Below, piece by piece: positions 1 to 9,959 of a stretch of 32,793 nt of DNA. The stretch is from positions 1-32,793 of the forward strand of contig JAJRPU010000239.1 in NCBI GenBank assembly GCA_024280615.1, read 5' to 3'. The translations under genes and the position numbers were made by a program. The notes under the pieces were generated by a model, which did no database searches, was not told where the DNA came from, and saw only the letters and a list, made by a program, of their open reading frames with translations. The DNA comes from Bacteroidota bacterium. Its GTDB lineage: Bacteria; Bacteroidota; Bacteroidia; JAADEI01. How positions within the stretch are numbered: the stretch's first letter is position 1; each line of letters opens with the position of its first letter.

Positions 1-437
1 AATGGTATTGCTCCGAGGAAAGCCGTTGGACACCTGCCTGCTTTGTCCATTAGATAAGTGATCAATGTAGAAGTTGTTGATTTCCCATGTGTTCCGGCAA
101 CAGCAATCAGGTCTCCCTTGTTAACTATCTGTGCCAACAGTTCAGCCCGCTTGATTAAGGGAATCCTACGGTCTGCAACCCCTTTCAATAGCGGGTCTTC
201 AAGGGACAGGGCTGGCGTCCACACAACAAGCCCCGGCATCTTCCGGTCAATCAATTCAAGAGCCTCCTGTTCGGAATACACAATTGTCATCCCTTCTCTG
301 ACAAGGGTTTCTGTCAATTGAGTCCTTGTCCTGTCATAGCCATAAATAGAATGTCCCTGCGAACTAAGGAATCGTGCCAAAGCACTCATACCTATCCCTC
401 CAATCCCAGCAAAAAATATCTTTTCAGGCAAGGTCAT
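1..437 (-). CDS. murC: UDP-N-acetylmuramate--L-alanine ligase MurC, N-terminal part (runs off the window start)
   Basis: Reverse translation from ATG (437..435) gives MTLPEKIFFAGIGGIGMSALARFLSSQGHSIYGYD... and later LIAVAGTHGKSTTST (Mur-ligase P-loop). It follows murG as expected in dcw order and overlaps the murG stop by 14 nt. It is not in the ORF track because it has no stop in the window. Confidence 0.85.
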   Translation of the reverse strand, partial: MTLPEKIFFAGIGGIGMSALARFLSSQGHSIYGYDRTRTQLTETLVREGMTIVYSEQEALELIDRKMPGLVVWTPALSLEDPLLKGVADRRIPLIKRAELLAQIVNKGDLIAVAGTHGKSTTSTLITYLMDKAGRCPTAFLGAIP

Positions 438-1533
438 CTCTATACTCTTTAGCCTGTTCAACTATTATTTCAGCAATTTTTTCAGTTGCCTGCGGATTGC
501 CAAACTGCTTTATCCTTTCTGCAAGGATTTGCCTCCTGCTTTCATCAGTCAACAATTCAAGCACTGTCGGAATGAGTTTATCTCTTTCATGTTCCTCAAC
601 CATCACTATGGCATCGTGTTGAGCGAGCGACATAGCATTCTTGTGTTGATGGTTATCGGCAACGTTTGGCGACGGAACTATAACTGCCGGCTTCCCTGCA
701 ACAGCCAATTCAGACAGGGCACTGGCACCAGCCCTTGAAACAACCACACTGGCAACCCGATAGGCATAATCCATCCTGTCTATAAATTGCCCTTGCCAGA
801 ATCTGTCCTTCCACTCCTCCTGATTCCATTTCACTTGTGGGACTTCCTGCTTGCCGGTCTGCCAGATTAATTGATAGCCTTTCTGCAAAATCTTGTCTCC
901 CTCCTCAGCAATGATTTGATTGAAAAATGCCGAGCCCAGACTACCTCCCATAACCAAAACAGTGGGTCTATCTTCCAATCCGAAATATTCCAGTGCCTCA
1001 GACCGTGGAATCTTATCATAATTCAAAATGCTTTGTCTAACTGGATTGCCTGTGTAAACATGGTTATACTTCTCCAATTCTTTTGCGGGCAACACAAGGG
1101 TTATGACGGATGCTTTAGGTGCTAACAGCCTGACAGCAAGCCCTGGAACAGCATTTTGTTCGTGCAACACAACGGGAATGTTGTTCGCAAAGCGTCCCCA
1201 CACAACCGGAACGCTCACATAAGCTCCAAGAGAGAAAATAACGTCTGGTTTGAAATCAGAAATAATGTTATAAGCCTGAATTATGCTAACAAACATTTTT
1301 ATGGGAAGCAAGATATTGTCCCACCATTTGGTTCGTTGCAATCCGCTTATCCAAACGGTCTTAATCGGAAAACCATATTTAGGAACAATTTCTGTTTCCA
1401 TCCTGTCCTTCACACCGACAAATAGCACCTCAGCATCATACTTATTACGCAGATATTGAGCCACTGCCATAGCAGGAAATATATGCCCTCCTGTTCCACC
1501 TGCCGATACCAACACTCTAAGCCGTCTGTCCAT
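424..1533 (-). CDS. murG: Undecaprenyldiphospho-muramoylpentapeptide beta-N-acetylglucosaminyltransferase MurG
   Basis: ORF 424..1551. It has the N-terminal GT28 motif VLVSAGGTGGHIFPA and sits in the dcw murG position. The 1551 start is TTG. The first ATG is at 1533 (MDRRLRVLV...), which overlaps the ftsW stop by 17 nt. Confidence 0.9.
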   Translation of the reverse strand: MDRRLRVLVSAGGTGGHIFPAMAVAQYLRNKYDAEVLFVGVKDRMETEIVPKYGFPIKTVWISGLQRTKWWDNILLPIKMFVSIIQAYNIISDFKPDVIFSLGAYVSVPVVWGRFANNIPVVLHEQNAVPGLAVRLLAPKASVITLVLPAKELEKYNHVYTGNPVRQSILNYDKIPRSEALEYFGLEDRPTVLVMGGSLGSAFFNQIIAEEGDKILQKGYQLIWQTGKQEVPQVKWNQEEWKDRFWQGQFIDRMDYAYRVASVVVSRAGASALSELAVAGKPAVIVPSPNVADNHQHKNAMSLAQHDAIVMVEEHERDKLIPTVLELLTDESRRQILAERIKQFGNPQATEKIAEIIVEQAKEYRDDLA

Positions 1534-2695
1534 CCCCTTCACTTTGTTCAATTACCACTGCACTGGAACCAAGTAACATTCCCAGCATGAAAAATGTGAA
1601 CAGGATTGATGTCCCCCCCATGCTAATCAATGGCAAGGGCAAGCCTGTCGCGGGAAACAACCCACTCACCACACCAATGTGCAATAACGCTTGAAAAGTG
1701 ATACTAAGTCCAATACCTAAAATTAAGAGTCCTATGAAACGATTATTCGCTTTCGTAAACAATTTGATGCTTCGCCACATAATAGTGAAATAGAGAATTA
1801 GAATGATAATCCCAACTATCAAGCCATATTCTTCAATTATGATGGCATAAACGTAGTCTGAATATGGATGTGGCAGGAAATATCTCTGAACACTTTTCCC
1901 TATTCCTCTACCGAAGAGTCCACCATTTGCAATGGCGATTTGTGCCTGCAGAACCTGATAGGACGGCTCCCCTTTGATATAGCGTTCTATCCTGTTTTTC
2001 CATGTTTCAGCACGCCCAACCTTCAAGACCATCACAGCACCAATGAACAAAGCAAGGATAAGCCCCACTACAGCCCCAATTCGGATAATGTATTTAAAAG
2101 GCAATAGCGAAACAAACAACATAATGAATGTTATGGTTGCCAGCATCAGAGCAGTTGACAGGTCTGCGTAGGCTATAAGCAATATGACCACCGAAGATGG
2201 TATAATAACCTTATTCATAAGTTCCTTCAAGGAAAAGGCTTCCTCTGGCTTCTGCCCGTTCCGAAGGGCTTCCTTAACGCGACCTAAGAGGCGAGACAGT
2301 TGAGAGGCAAGATAGATGAGCAAAGCCACGTGAGCGAAAGCAGAAGTCTGGAAGGTCAACCCGGTGAATGGAATGACAAGCCAACGACGAGCCTGATTAA
2401 TAGTTGCACCGTGAACAAGCGTTATCACAAGCAAAACAATAGCTAGCAAAAGAGCTATGTTAGCCGTCTTTCTGAATACATACGGATTTATCCTGTGAAC
2501 AACATAGGCAACTCCAAAGCCCATCACTAAGAAAATGATATGTTTGAACATATAGGAAGACACTTCGCCACCTTTATATCTGATTCCCAGCACACCGACG
2601 GCACTGGCAACAACAAGCATTGAGAACAGAGTAAGAGTAATAATAGAAACCCATAAAGCCCTGTCGCCTCTCAACCTACTAAACAATCCTGTCAT
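1517..2695 (-). CDS. ftsW: SEDS-family peptidoglycan glycosyltransferase FtsW
   Basis: 392-aa polytopic membrane protein with FtsW/RodA-like C-terminal motifs (FPATGLPLPLISMGGTS). It lies between murD and murG. ATGA start/stop overlap with murD. Confidence 0.9.
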   Translation of the reverse strand: MTGLFSRLRGDRALWVSIITLTLFSMLVVASAVGVLGIRYKGGEVSSYMFKHIIFLVMGFGVAYVVHRINPYVFRKTANIALLLAIVLLVITLVHGATINQARRWLVIPFTGLTFQTSAFAHVALLIYLASQLSRLLGRVKEALRNGQKPEEAFSLKELMNKVIIPSSVVILLIAYADLSTALMLATITFIMLFVSLLPFKYIIRIGAVVGLILALFIGAVMVLKVGRAETWKNRIERYIKGEPSYQVLQAQIAIANGGLFGRGIGKSVQRYFLPHPYSDYVYAIIIEEYGLIVGIIILILYFTIMWRSIKLFTKANNRFIGLLILGIGLSITFQALLHIGVVSGLFPATGLPLPLISMGGTSILFTFFMLGMLLGSSAVVIEQSEGDGQTA

Positions 2696-4017
2696 CGTTC
2701 CCTTTCTTGTTCAACAGTCTCTTTCAATTCTATTACTGTCTTTCTGAATGCCTCTCCACGTTCTGCGTAGTTGTTGAACAGGTCAAAACTGGCACAGGCA
2801 GGTGAGAGAAGAACTGTTGTTCCTTCACTGGACAGGTCAAATGCCCTCTTAATGGCTTCTTCCATATTCTCAACGTGATAAACAGGCACAATGCCCTCAA
2901 ACGCCCTTTTGATAGGCGTGCAATCTTTAGCCAGACATATGATAGCTTTGACTTTTTCCTCAACAAGTGGAACCAATGGCGAGTAGTCGTTTCCCTTGTC
3001 CACTCCCCCTGCTATCCATACAATCGGTTTGGGAACTGTTTCCAGGGCATACCATGCCGAGTTGACGTTCGTCGCTTTGGAATCGTTGATGAAGACAATA
3101 CCATTTATTTCAGTCACTGGCTCCAGCCTGTGCGGCGGTCTTTTGAATGTTCGTATCGCCCCTTTGATTTGGTCTTCTGGGATGTTAGCAATTCGGGCAG
3201 TGATGGCGGCAGCCATTGTAGAAGCCGGATGGGCTACGTTCTCAGCCTGTTGGTCTATCTCCATCATCCGTCCAGTTATTGGGTCTCTGTATCTCATGGG
3301 TCTCTTATTTGGAAAGAATGGATGTTTTTTAGCGTTAATAGGGAATTTTTTCATCCATTTAAGAATTGTTTGGTCGTTGGCATTAAAGACGAAATGGTCG
3401 TTAATTGTTTGGTTCTTGGTTATGTTGAACTTTGATTGGATGTAATCTTCTATTGAAGGGTGCCAATCCAGATGGTCCTTCGCTATGTTGAGCAATATTG
3501 CTATGTGTGGTCTGAACCGCTTGGCATATCTCAGTTGGAAACTGCTTACTTCAACGACGTGCCATCGGGAATCACGCTCATATAACTGCCGACAAAAACT
3601 CTTCCCTATGTTTCCTGATAGGGCAACGTCATATCCACTCTGCTTAAAAATGTGATAGATCAACGATGCAGTGGTTGTCTTCCCATCTGTTCCTGTAACG
3701 GCAATTATTTTGCCTCCTGTGAACCGGAAGCCAAACTCTATGTCCGAAATTACTGGTATATTGCGATTTTCTAATTCTTTAATGATATTGGCGGATGGTG
3801 GTATCCCTGGGCTCTTAACAACTTCTCTGGTTTGGAAAACCTTTTCCGTATGTCCCCCTTCCTCATATTCAATGCCCAACTGGTCAAATAATTTCTTTGT
3901 TTCGTTGTCTATAGTGCTCTGTTCCGAAACAAATACACTATACCTGTTTTTGGCGGCTAACAGAGCGGTTCCAAAGCCGCTCTCCCCGGAACCCAATATG
4001 ACCACGTCGTATCTCAT
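2692..4017 (-). CDS. murD: UDP-N-acetylmuramoylalanine--D-glutamate ligase MurD
   Basis: 441 aa with an N-terminal Rossmann-like VVILGSGESG and the Mur-ligase P-loop AVTGTDGKTTT. It lies between mraY and ftsW and has 4-nt overlaps at both ends. Confidence 0.9.
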   Translation of the reverse strand: MRYDVVILGSGESGFGTALLAAKNRYSVFVSEQSTIDNETKKLFDQLGIEYEEGGHTEKVFQTREVVKSPGIPPSANIIKELENRNIPVISDIEFGFRFTGGKIIAVTGTDGKTTTASLIYHIFKQSGYDVALSGNIGKSFCRQLYERDSRWHVVEVSSFQLRYAKRFRPHIAILLNIAKDHLDWHPSIEDYIQSKFNITKNQTINDHFVFNANDQTILKWMKKFPINAKKHPFFPNKRPMRYRDPITGRMMEIDQQAENVAHPASTMAAAITARIANIPEDQIKGAIRTFKRPPHRLEPVTEINGIVFINDSKATNVNSAWYALETVPKPIVWIAGGVDKGNDYSPLVPLVEEKVKAIICLAKDCTPIKRAFEGIVPVYHVENMEEAIKRAFDLSSEGTTVLLSPACASFDLFNNYAERGEAFRKTVIELKETVEQERER

Positions 4018-5246
4018 CGCAACTTAAGTGTTATAAGGGTTAGTGCCGCCAGAAAAAGGCTAATTATCCAAAATCTCACTACTATTTTGTTTTCATGCCA
4101 GCCCTTTTTCTGGAAGTGATGATGGATTGGTGCCATTAGAAAGATTCTCCTGCCCTGTCCGTATCTGCGCTTAGTCCATTTGAAATATGCAACTTGGATA
4201 ATCACAGACAATGCCTCTATCAAGAAAACCCCACATAGCAACGGCAATAACAATTCCTTTCGCAAAACCACTGCAAGGGTTCCGATGACAGACCCGAGCA
4301 TTAAGCTCCCCGTGTCCCCCATAAACACAGAAGCAGGATAGGCATTATACCACAGGAATCCGATTGCGGAACCCACTATGGCAGCAGTGAAAATGGTTAC
4401 CTCAGCAATGTCAGGGATATACATAATGTTTAGATAATCAGCCAGTAGGATGTGTCCCGAGACGTAAGCAAACACAGCAAGGGTTGACAGGACTATAGCC
4501 GAAATGCCTGCCGCCAAACCATCCAACCCATCAGTTAGGTTAGCAGCATTTGAAACAGCAGTGTTTATGAAGATTACCACTATTGTAAACACAATCCACG
4601 TCAGGGACACTGGAATCCCGATAGCCTTCGCTATCCACTCATACCTAAACTCATTGTTTTTAACAAACGGTATGGTAGTAGAAAATTCCTTGGCATCGTA
4701 ATACCTATATGTATTGCTATCCTGCGTGGAATTTTGTTGATATACTTGCAACGGCTCATCAATGAAATATCTAACTCTGACGTCTGGATGAAAAGCGAGA
4801 GTTAAGCCGATGAGTAGTCCCAGTCCGACCTGTGCCATAATCTTAAATTTTCCGCGCAAGCCCCCTTTGTCCTTCAATTTCACTTTAATGTAATCATCCA
4901 CAAAACCCCACAGTCCCATCCACAACGTCGCTATTACAAGCAGCCACACATAGACATTGTCCCACTTAGCGAGCAATAGGGTTGGCACTACTGTTCCAGC
5001 AATTAGCATTAAACCTCCCATTGTGGGGGTCTGTGCCTTCCGTTGTTGCTCAGGCAGGTCCAAGTCCCTTTGTGGGTCAGTTATTTGCCATTGTTTCAGC
5101 CAAGCAATGATATACTTACCAAGCCACATAGTGATAACAAGGGCTATTATAATGGACATAAGAGCCCTGAAAGATATAAAGTGGAAGACTCCAGCCCCTG
5201 GAACGTCAAACTCCCTGTCCAGATATGTGAATATGTAATATAGCAT
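4014..5246 (-). CDS. mraY: Phospho-N-acetylmuramoyl-pentapeptide transferase MraY
   Basis: 410-aa polytopic membrane protein with MraY motifs NAANLTDGLDGLA, FMGDTGSL and APIHHHFQ. Confidence 0.92.
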   Translation of the reverse strand: MLYYIFTYLDREFDVPGAGVFHFISFRALMSIIIALVITMWLGKYIIAWLKQWQITDPQRDLDLPEQQRKAQTPTMGGLMLIAGTVVPTLLLAKWDNVYVWLLVIATLWMGLWGFVDDYIKVKLKDKGGLRGKFKIMAQVGLGLLIGLTLAFHPDVRVRYFIDEPLQVYQQNSTQDSNTYRYYDAKEFSTTIPFVKNNEFRYEWIAKAIGIPVSLTWIVFTIVVIFINTAVSNAANLTDGLDGLAAGISAIVLSTLAVFAYVSGHILLADYLNIMYIPDIAEVTIFTAAIVGSAIGFLWYNAYPASVFMGDTGSLMLGSVIGTLAVVLRKELLLPLLCGVFLIEALSVIIQVAYFKWTKRRYGQGRRIFLMAPIHHHFQKKGWHENKIVVRFWIISLFLAALTLITLKLR

Positions 5247-6725
5247 CTATGAATGTTTTGCCAGTTTGCGTTCTTTCAGTGCCTTAGCCACTTCCTCAAA
5301 GTCAGAAAAGGGAATCCGTTTTCCCCGTATTTCTTGGTATTCTTCATGTCCTTTCCCCGCAATGACTATTATGTCTCCCTGATGAGCCATTGCCACAGCG
5401 GTTCTAATCGCTTCCCTACGGTCGGGAATGGATAGTGTTTTTCTACGATAGATAGCATTTAAGTCGGTGAGCATGTCTCGGATAATGTCCTGAGGGTCTT
5501 CACTACGTGGGTTGTCAGAAGTAATTATTGCAATGTCTGCGAGTTGAGCCCCTATCCTGCCCAACAGCGGTCTTTTCTCCTTGTCCCTGTCTCCGCCCGC
5601 CCCAAAGACAAGAATTATTTTCTGCTCTGGAATCCTAACCTGTATTATAGTTTCAAGCAGTTTTTTTAGTGCATCTGGTGTGTGGGCATAGTCAATTACT
5701 GCTGTGATTCCAGCTTCTTTGATTATGTTCATTCTACCTTTTGGTGCAGGAACCCTTGAAAGAGCCTGTAAAATGGCTTCATCATCAAAATCGGTGCTTA
5801 GCTTCAAAACCCCGTATGCCGCAAGAAAATTATAGACGTTAAATATTCCGGGAAGCAAAATATGAATACTTCTGCCTTCAATGTCAATATGTGTTCCGAG
5901 GATGTCCATTTCCAGTATTTTACAGGTGAAGTCGGCAGCCCTCCTGATTCCATAGGTGTAAACCTTTGCTTTGGTTGATGCAATCATTTGCTTGTGATAG
6001 CGGTCATCAACATTCACAAGTGCCCATGCATCATCAGAAAGCATATCAAACAGTTTCTTTTTGGCATTGATATAATTCTGCATTGTTTGGTGATAATCCA
6101 GATGGTCATGGCTTATGTTAGTGAAGATTGCCCCTGAGAACCTTATTGCCGAGACCCGCTCTTGCTCCAACGCATGACTGCTCACTTCCATAAAAACATG
6201 GGACACTCCGGCATCTGCCATCCTGCGAAGAACATTGAAAAGCGTAATAGGGTCTGGTGTGGTGTGTGTGGCTTCCTCAAATTCGTCATTCCATTCATAT
6301 CCAATGGTGCCTATGCGTCCAGCATTAAGCCTCAATGATTTAGAACCTTTATACAGCAGATGGACAACTGTTGTTTTACCGTTTGTTCCTGTTACGCCAA
6401 CAATATTTAATTCCTCATCTGGTTTGTCATAATAATTTTTGGCAATAAATGAAGCGGCACGTCGGGAATTATCAACTTGAATCCAAAACACTCGTTCAGG
6501 AACTTGCCCCTGCGGTTCCCTCTCAGAAATTATAACCCTTGCTCCCTTCTGGATAGCGTCTGGAATAAAGTTGTGTCCGTCAACTGATGTGCCTTTGATA
6601 GCTATAAACATAGAGTTTTCCTTGCACTGTCTGGAATCCATACATATATGGCTAACTGTGGCAACTGGCTCTCCATATTTGCCTACAACCCTGACTCCTT
6701 CTAATAATTGATTCACTTCTTTCAT
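5247..6725 (-). CDS. murE: UDP-N-acetylmuramoyl-L-alanyl-D-glutamate--2,6-diaminopimelate ligase MurE
   Basis: 492 aa with P-loop GVTGTNGKTT and a DNPR motif (ITSDNPRSEDP), which is typical of meso-DAP-adding MurE. Directly abuts the mraY start. Confidence 0.9.
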   Translation of the reverse strand: MKEVNQLLEGVRVVGKYGEPVATVSHICMDSRQCKENSMFIAIKGTSVDGHNFIPDAIQKGARVIISEREPQGQVPERVFWIQVDNSRRAASFIAKNYYDKPDEELNIVGVTGTNGKTTVVHLLYKGSKSLRLNAGRIGTIGYEWNDEFEEATHTTPDPITLFNVLRRMADAGVSHVFMEVSSHALEQERVSAIRFSGAIFTNISHDHLDYHQTMQNYINAKKKLFDMLSDDAWALVNVDDRYHKQMIASTKAKVYTYGIRRAADFTCKILEMDILGTHIDIEGRSIHILLPGIFNVYNFLAAYGVLKLSTDFDDEAILQALSRVPAPKGRMNIIKEAGITAVIDYAHTPDALKKLLETIIQVRIPEQKIILVFGAGGDRDKEKRPLLGRIGAQLADIAIITSDNPRSEDPQDIIRDMLTDLNAIYRRKTLSIPDRREAIRTAVAMAHQGDIIVIAGKGHEEYQEIRGKRIPFSDFEEVAKALKERKLAKHS

Positions 6726-8815
6726 CGCAGGATTATTTTAGCCACTGAATAGTTATCCACTGGTTTCCCGGGTTCCGGATGTTGCCACACAACAAGTCCC
6801 CCAGATAGATTACCCTCCACAACAACCTTTAAGCCCACTGTATTGAGTAAAAAGATTGCGTCAGTGAGTGCCAACCCTCTAACGTCAGGAACTATGTTTG
6901 GATTGACGGCATCTATTGACAGTGCGGAATCTGTTTTGACAGCTATCCACTTTCCTTCCACTGAAGGGAACTCAGCCCATTCAAGCAATTTGCTCACTTC
7001 ATCGCCATATCCCCCCGCTATCAAAGGAATCTTCCTCCTCGTGTCCTTTTTCAATACTGCCATGGCATCCACAATGGGATATTCAGCGTTGTATCTGGCT
7101 ATTAGCCTGTCTGCTATCTTTCGGACTGCTGGTGCCGCCACTTGGCTTCCGTAATAGCCTCGTCTGGGCTTGTTAACCACAACAATAACGCTATAGATAG
7201 GGTTGTCAGCGGGAAAGAATGCAACAAAACTGGATTGATAAACCTTCTTATATCCGCTTTTGTCTTCTGCGATAAGAGCAGTGCCTGTCTTACCAGCAAT
7301 TGGGAAATAAGGGTTTTTGATGTGCTTTGCAGTGCCCCTCTCTACGACCTCTTTCAGTGCTTCAATTGCTTTTTCTATACTTTCTGAAGACGCTATATCA
7401 TCAATCAAGACCTCTGGTTCAAACTCCTTGACAACCATTCCTTCCTTTGCAATAGCGGAAACCAGAATTGGCTTCATTATTTTCCCTCCGTTAGCAACGC
7501 CATTATAGAAGGTTAAGGTTTGCAATGGTGTCAACTTGACTTCGTAGCCCACAGCCATCCATGGCAAGGTTGTTCCGCTCCACGTTGGGTCATTGACGTT
7601 TTTGATGATAGGTTCGGGTTCTCCAAGGATGGTAACGCCTGTTTTCTTTGTTAAGCCGAACCTTTTAAGATATGATATGAATTGTTGTGGCTCGTCGCCA
7701 AATTCCTTATATATAAGCCTGCTAATTCCGACGTTTGAGGACTGTGCAATGGCTTCTTTCAGTGTGATAATGCCTTTTTTCACTCCCGGTGCGTCTTTCA
7801 TTAATCTATTGTAGAACTTGTATGTACCGTTGAAGACGTTTACTGTGTCATCAAGGGAATAGCCCTGTTCCAAGAGTGCGAGCAATGAAGCCAATTTGAA
7901 TGTTGAGCCGGGTTCATTCCTTTCTCCAACGCAATAGTTGTATAGTTCCCAATATGAACCATCTTCTGTCCTGCCCAGATTAGCCATTGCCCTTATCTTC
8001 CCGGTGGTTACTTCCATAACTATAGCACAGCCGTGGTCGGCATCATGCTTCTGAAGGGTTTGTAGAAGGATGTCTTCAACGATGTCTTGAATGTTTGGGT
8101 CTATTGTAGTGATTATGTCATAGCCATTTTCGGGATGTTCAAGTTCTCTAAAAGGAATCCATGTTCCACCGGGAATCAACTGCATTATTTCTTTACCCGG
8201 CTTTCCTCTTAGATACTTGTCAAAATATCCTTCAATTCCAACCGGTGGAATGCCATCTCTAACATAACCAAGTGTTCTGTGGGCAAGTATCCCGAATGGG
8301 TAGAAACGCTTGTTTTGTGTGATAACTATCATTCCGCCTTTATATCTGCCTCTGCGAAGGATTGGGCATTGCTTCAATTGTTTGAGTTGCAAAAAGTCAA
8401 GTTTCTTCCCAATAAGGACATATCTATTGCCTTTTCTGCGAGCCTGTTCAAGCCTTTGCTTTATGCGAACAGGGTCTTCATTCGTTACTGATGCTATGCA
8501 TAGGGCGAGCGAATCCAGTTTTGAATAGAACAATTCTTGAGAGATGCCTTCCGCCAACGGGTCCATACGGACTTCAAACCGAGGGATTGACGCCACAAGT
8601 AGAGAGCCATCCTCTGAGTAAATGTTTCCACGCTCTGGTTCTACAACCTTTTCCTTGAAATAGACCTTTTGGGCTTTCTGACGCAACTCATCGCCTTTAA
8701 TTAAGGTTATATCAATTAGTTTCCATATTATAGCAAGGGACAGCAATATCAGAAACGCGTTCACAATTATCACTCTTCTATAAATGAGCCGTTTCAATGT
8801 GGATGCCTGTTCCAT
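6722..8815 (-). CDS. ftsI: Class B penicillin-binding protein / peptidoglycan D,D-transpeptidase FtsI with a C-terminal PASTA-like domain
   Basis: 697 aa with an N-terminal TM anchor (VIIVNAFLILLSLAIIWKL). Active-site motifs are SXXK=STFK, SXN=SSN and KTG=KTGT. The last ~59 aa (IVPDVRGLALTDAIFLLNTVGLKVVVEG...) look like a PASTA domain. Confidence 0.9.
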   Translation of the reverse strand: MEQASTLKRLIYRRVIIVNAFLILLSLAIIWKLIDITLIKGDELRQKAQKVYFKEKVVEPERGNIYSEDGSLLVASIPRFEVRMDPLAEGISQELFYSKLDSLALCIASVTNEDPVRIKQRLEQARRKGNRYVLIGKKLDFLQLKQLKQCPILRRGRYKGGMIVITQNKRFYPFGILAHRTLGYVRDGIPPVGIEGYFDKYLRGKPGKEIMQLIPGGTWIPFRELEHPENGYDIITTIDPNIQDIVEDILLQTLQKHDADHGCAIVMEVTTGKIRAMANLGRTEDGSYWELYNYCVGERNEPGSTFKLASLLALLEQGYSLDDTVNVFNGTYKFYNRLMKDAPGVKKGIITLKEAIAQSSNVGISRLIYKEFGDEPQQFISYLKRFGLTKKTGVTILGEPEPIIKNVNDPTWSGTTLPWMAVGYEVKLTPLQTLTFYNGVANGGKIMKPILVSAIAKEGMVVKEFEPEVLIDDIASSESIEKAIEALKEVVERGTAKHIKNPYFPIAGKTGTALIAEDKSGYKKVYQSSFVAFFPADNPIYSVIVVVNKPRRGYYGSQVAAPAVRKIADRLIARYNAEYPIVDAMAVLKKDTRRKIPLIAGGYGDEVSKLLEWAEFPSVEGKWIAVKTDSALSIDAVNPNIVPDVRGLALTDAIFLLNTVGLKVVVEGNLSGGLVVWQHPEPGKPVDNYSVAKIILR

Positions 8816-8820
8816 CTTGC

Positions 8821-9102
8821 TTATTCAATTACCAATGGTGGTTTCCTTTGTGGCTTAATTCCTGTTTGTTGAACTCTGTGAGCAATTGTTGATTCTTTGC
8901 TTTGTTGCATCCATCTGGACAATGTTGTCAGGTATTCCCATCTTTTTTCTTGTAACTGAATTCTTTTCTTTTGCAGAAGGGCAAGTTTCTGAACTGTTTC
9001 ATGCACAACCCAAATCCTGATAAGCAAAAGGACTCCGAGGAATAATAGGAATGGTGCATAGGCAAATCCAAGCCTTTCCAACCTCTTAACAAGGACTCTC
9101 AT
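8821..9102 (-). CDS. FtsL-like small bitopic cell-division protein
   Basis: 93 aa with a short basic N-terminus, one TM (FAYAPFLLFLGVLLLIRIWVV) and then a predicted coiled coil. It sits between rsmH and ftsI, and its ATG shares 1 nt with the rsmH stop (TAATG). Confidence 0.7.
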   Translation of the reverse strand: MRVLVKRLERLGFAYAPFLLFLGVLLLIRIWVVHETVQKLALLQKKRIQLQEKRWEYLTTLSRWMQQSKESTIAHRVQQTGIKPQRKPPLVIE

Positions 9103-9959
9103 TATTTTATCTTTTCGGCTATTCTTAGTTTAGCACTCCTTGCCCTCCTGTTGTTTTTGATTTCTTCCCTTGTAGGTATTATGGGCGATTCGTCCAGCTC
9201 CTTTAATTTCTCCGAGTTGGCAAAGAATTGTTTTACTATCCTGTCCTCCAATGAGTGGAACGTAATGATTAAAAGTCTTCCGCCCGGTGAGAGAACCTCT
9301 TCTGATTGCTTTAACAAATCCCTAAGGGCATTAAGTTCATCATTAACAGCTATTCGCAAAGCCTGGAAGAGCCTTGAATAGAAGCGATTTGGGTTCCCTC
9401 TGGCAAACCGTTTTGTTACGGCTACGAGGTCTGCACTGGACACAATAGGTTGTTTCCGACGAGCCTCAACGATTGCCGTGGCGATAGCCTTGGCAGGCTC
9501 CAATTCTCCATATTCAGACAGAATCTCAGCCAGTTGGTCAATGGAATACTTTCTAATTATGTCCTGTGCCTTGACAGACAGGTCTTTATCCATTCGTAGG
9601 TCAAGCGGTGCAGGTGTCCTGTAGGTGAATCCTTGAGAAGCGATGTCTAATTGCGGTGAAGAAACCCCTAGGTCCGCAAGGATTCCGTCAACGGGAATCA
9701 GTCCAAGGAAATCAAGCCAATTTTTTAAGTATCGGAAGTTGCTTTTTACGAATGTGAATCGGTCATCGTCAAAGAGGTGTTGTTCGGCAATCGGTGATAC
9801 GTCAAAAGCCACGAGCATTCCTTCCTGCCCAAGCCTCTCAAGAATCATACGGGAATGCCCTCCCAAGCCATAGGTTGCATCTACATACGTGCCATCAGGC
9901 TTAATGTTCATATATTCAATTACCTCTTTTGCTAACACTGGCTTATGTTCCATCTTCAT
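9102..9959 (-). CDS. rsmH: 16S rRNA (cytosine1402-N4)-methyltransferase RsmH (MraW)
   Basis: 285 aa with HKPVLAKEV, DATYGLGGHS (SAM-binding) and ITFHSLEDR motifs. Second gene of the dcw cluster. Confidence 0.92.
   Translation of the reverse strand: MKMEHKPVLAKEVIEYMNIKPDGTYVDATYGLGGHSRMILERLGQEGMLVAFDVSPIAEQHLFDDDRFTFVKSNFRYLKNWLDFLGLIPVDGILADLGVSSPQLDIASQGFTYRTPAPLDLRMDKDLSVKAQDIIRKYSIDQLAEILSEYGELEPAKAIATAIVEARRKQPIVSSADLVAVTKRFARGNPNRFYSRLFQALRIAVNDELNALRDLLKQSEEVLSPGGRLLIITFHSLEDRIVKQFFANSEKLKELDESPIIPTREEIKNNRRARSAKLRIAEKIK

Noticed and set aside
58-1425. Plus-strand ORFs (87, 82, 69, 84, 89 aa) over murC and murG.
   Set aside because: They are antisense shadows of well-supported dcw genes.
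2875-3445. Plus-strand ORFs of 186 aa and 149 aa inside murD.
   Set aside because: They are antisense to a gene with clear Mur-ligase motifs. Their translations are low-complexity and Cys/Trp/Ser-rich with no recognisable motifs. They look like typical shadow ORFs.
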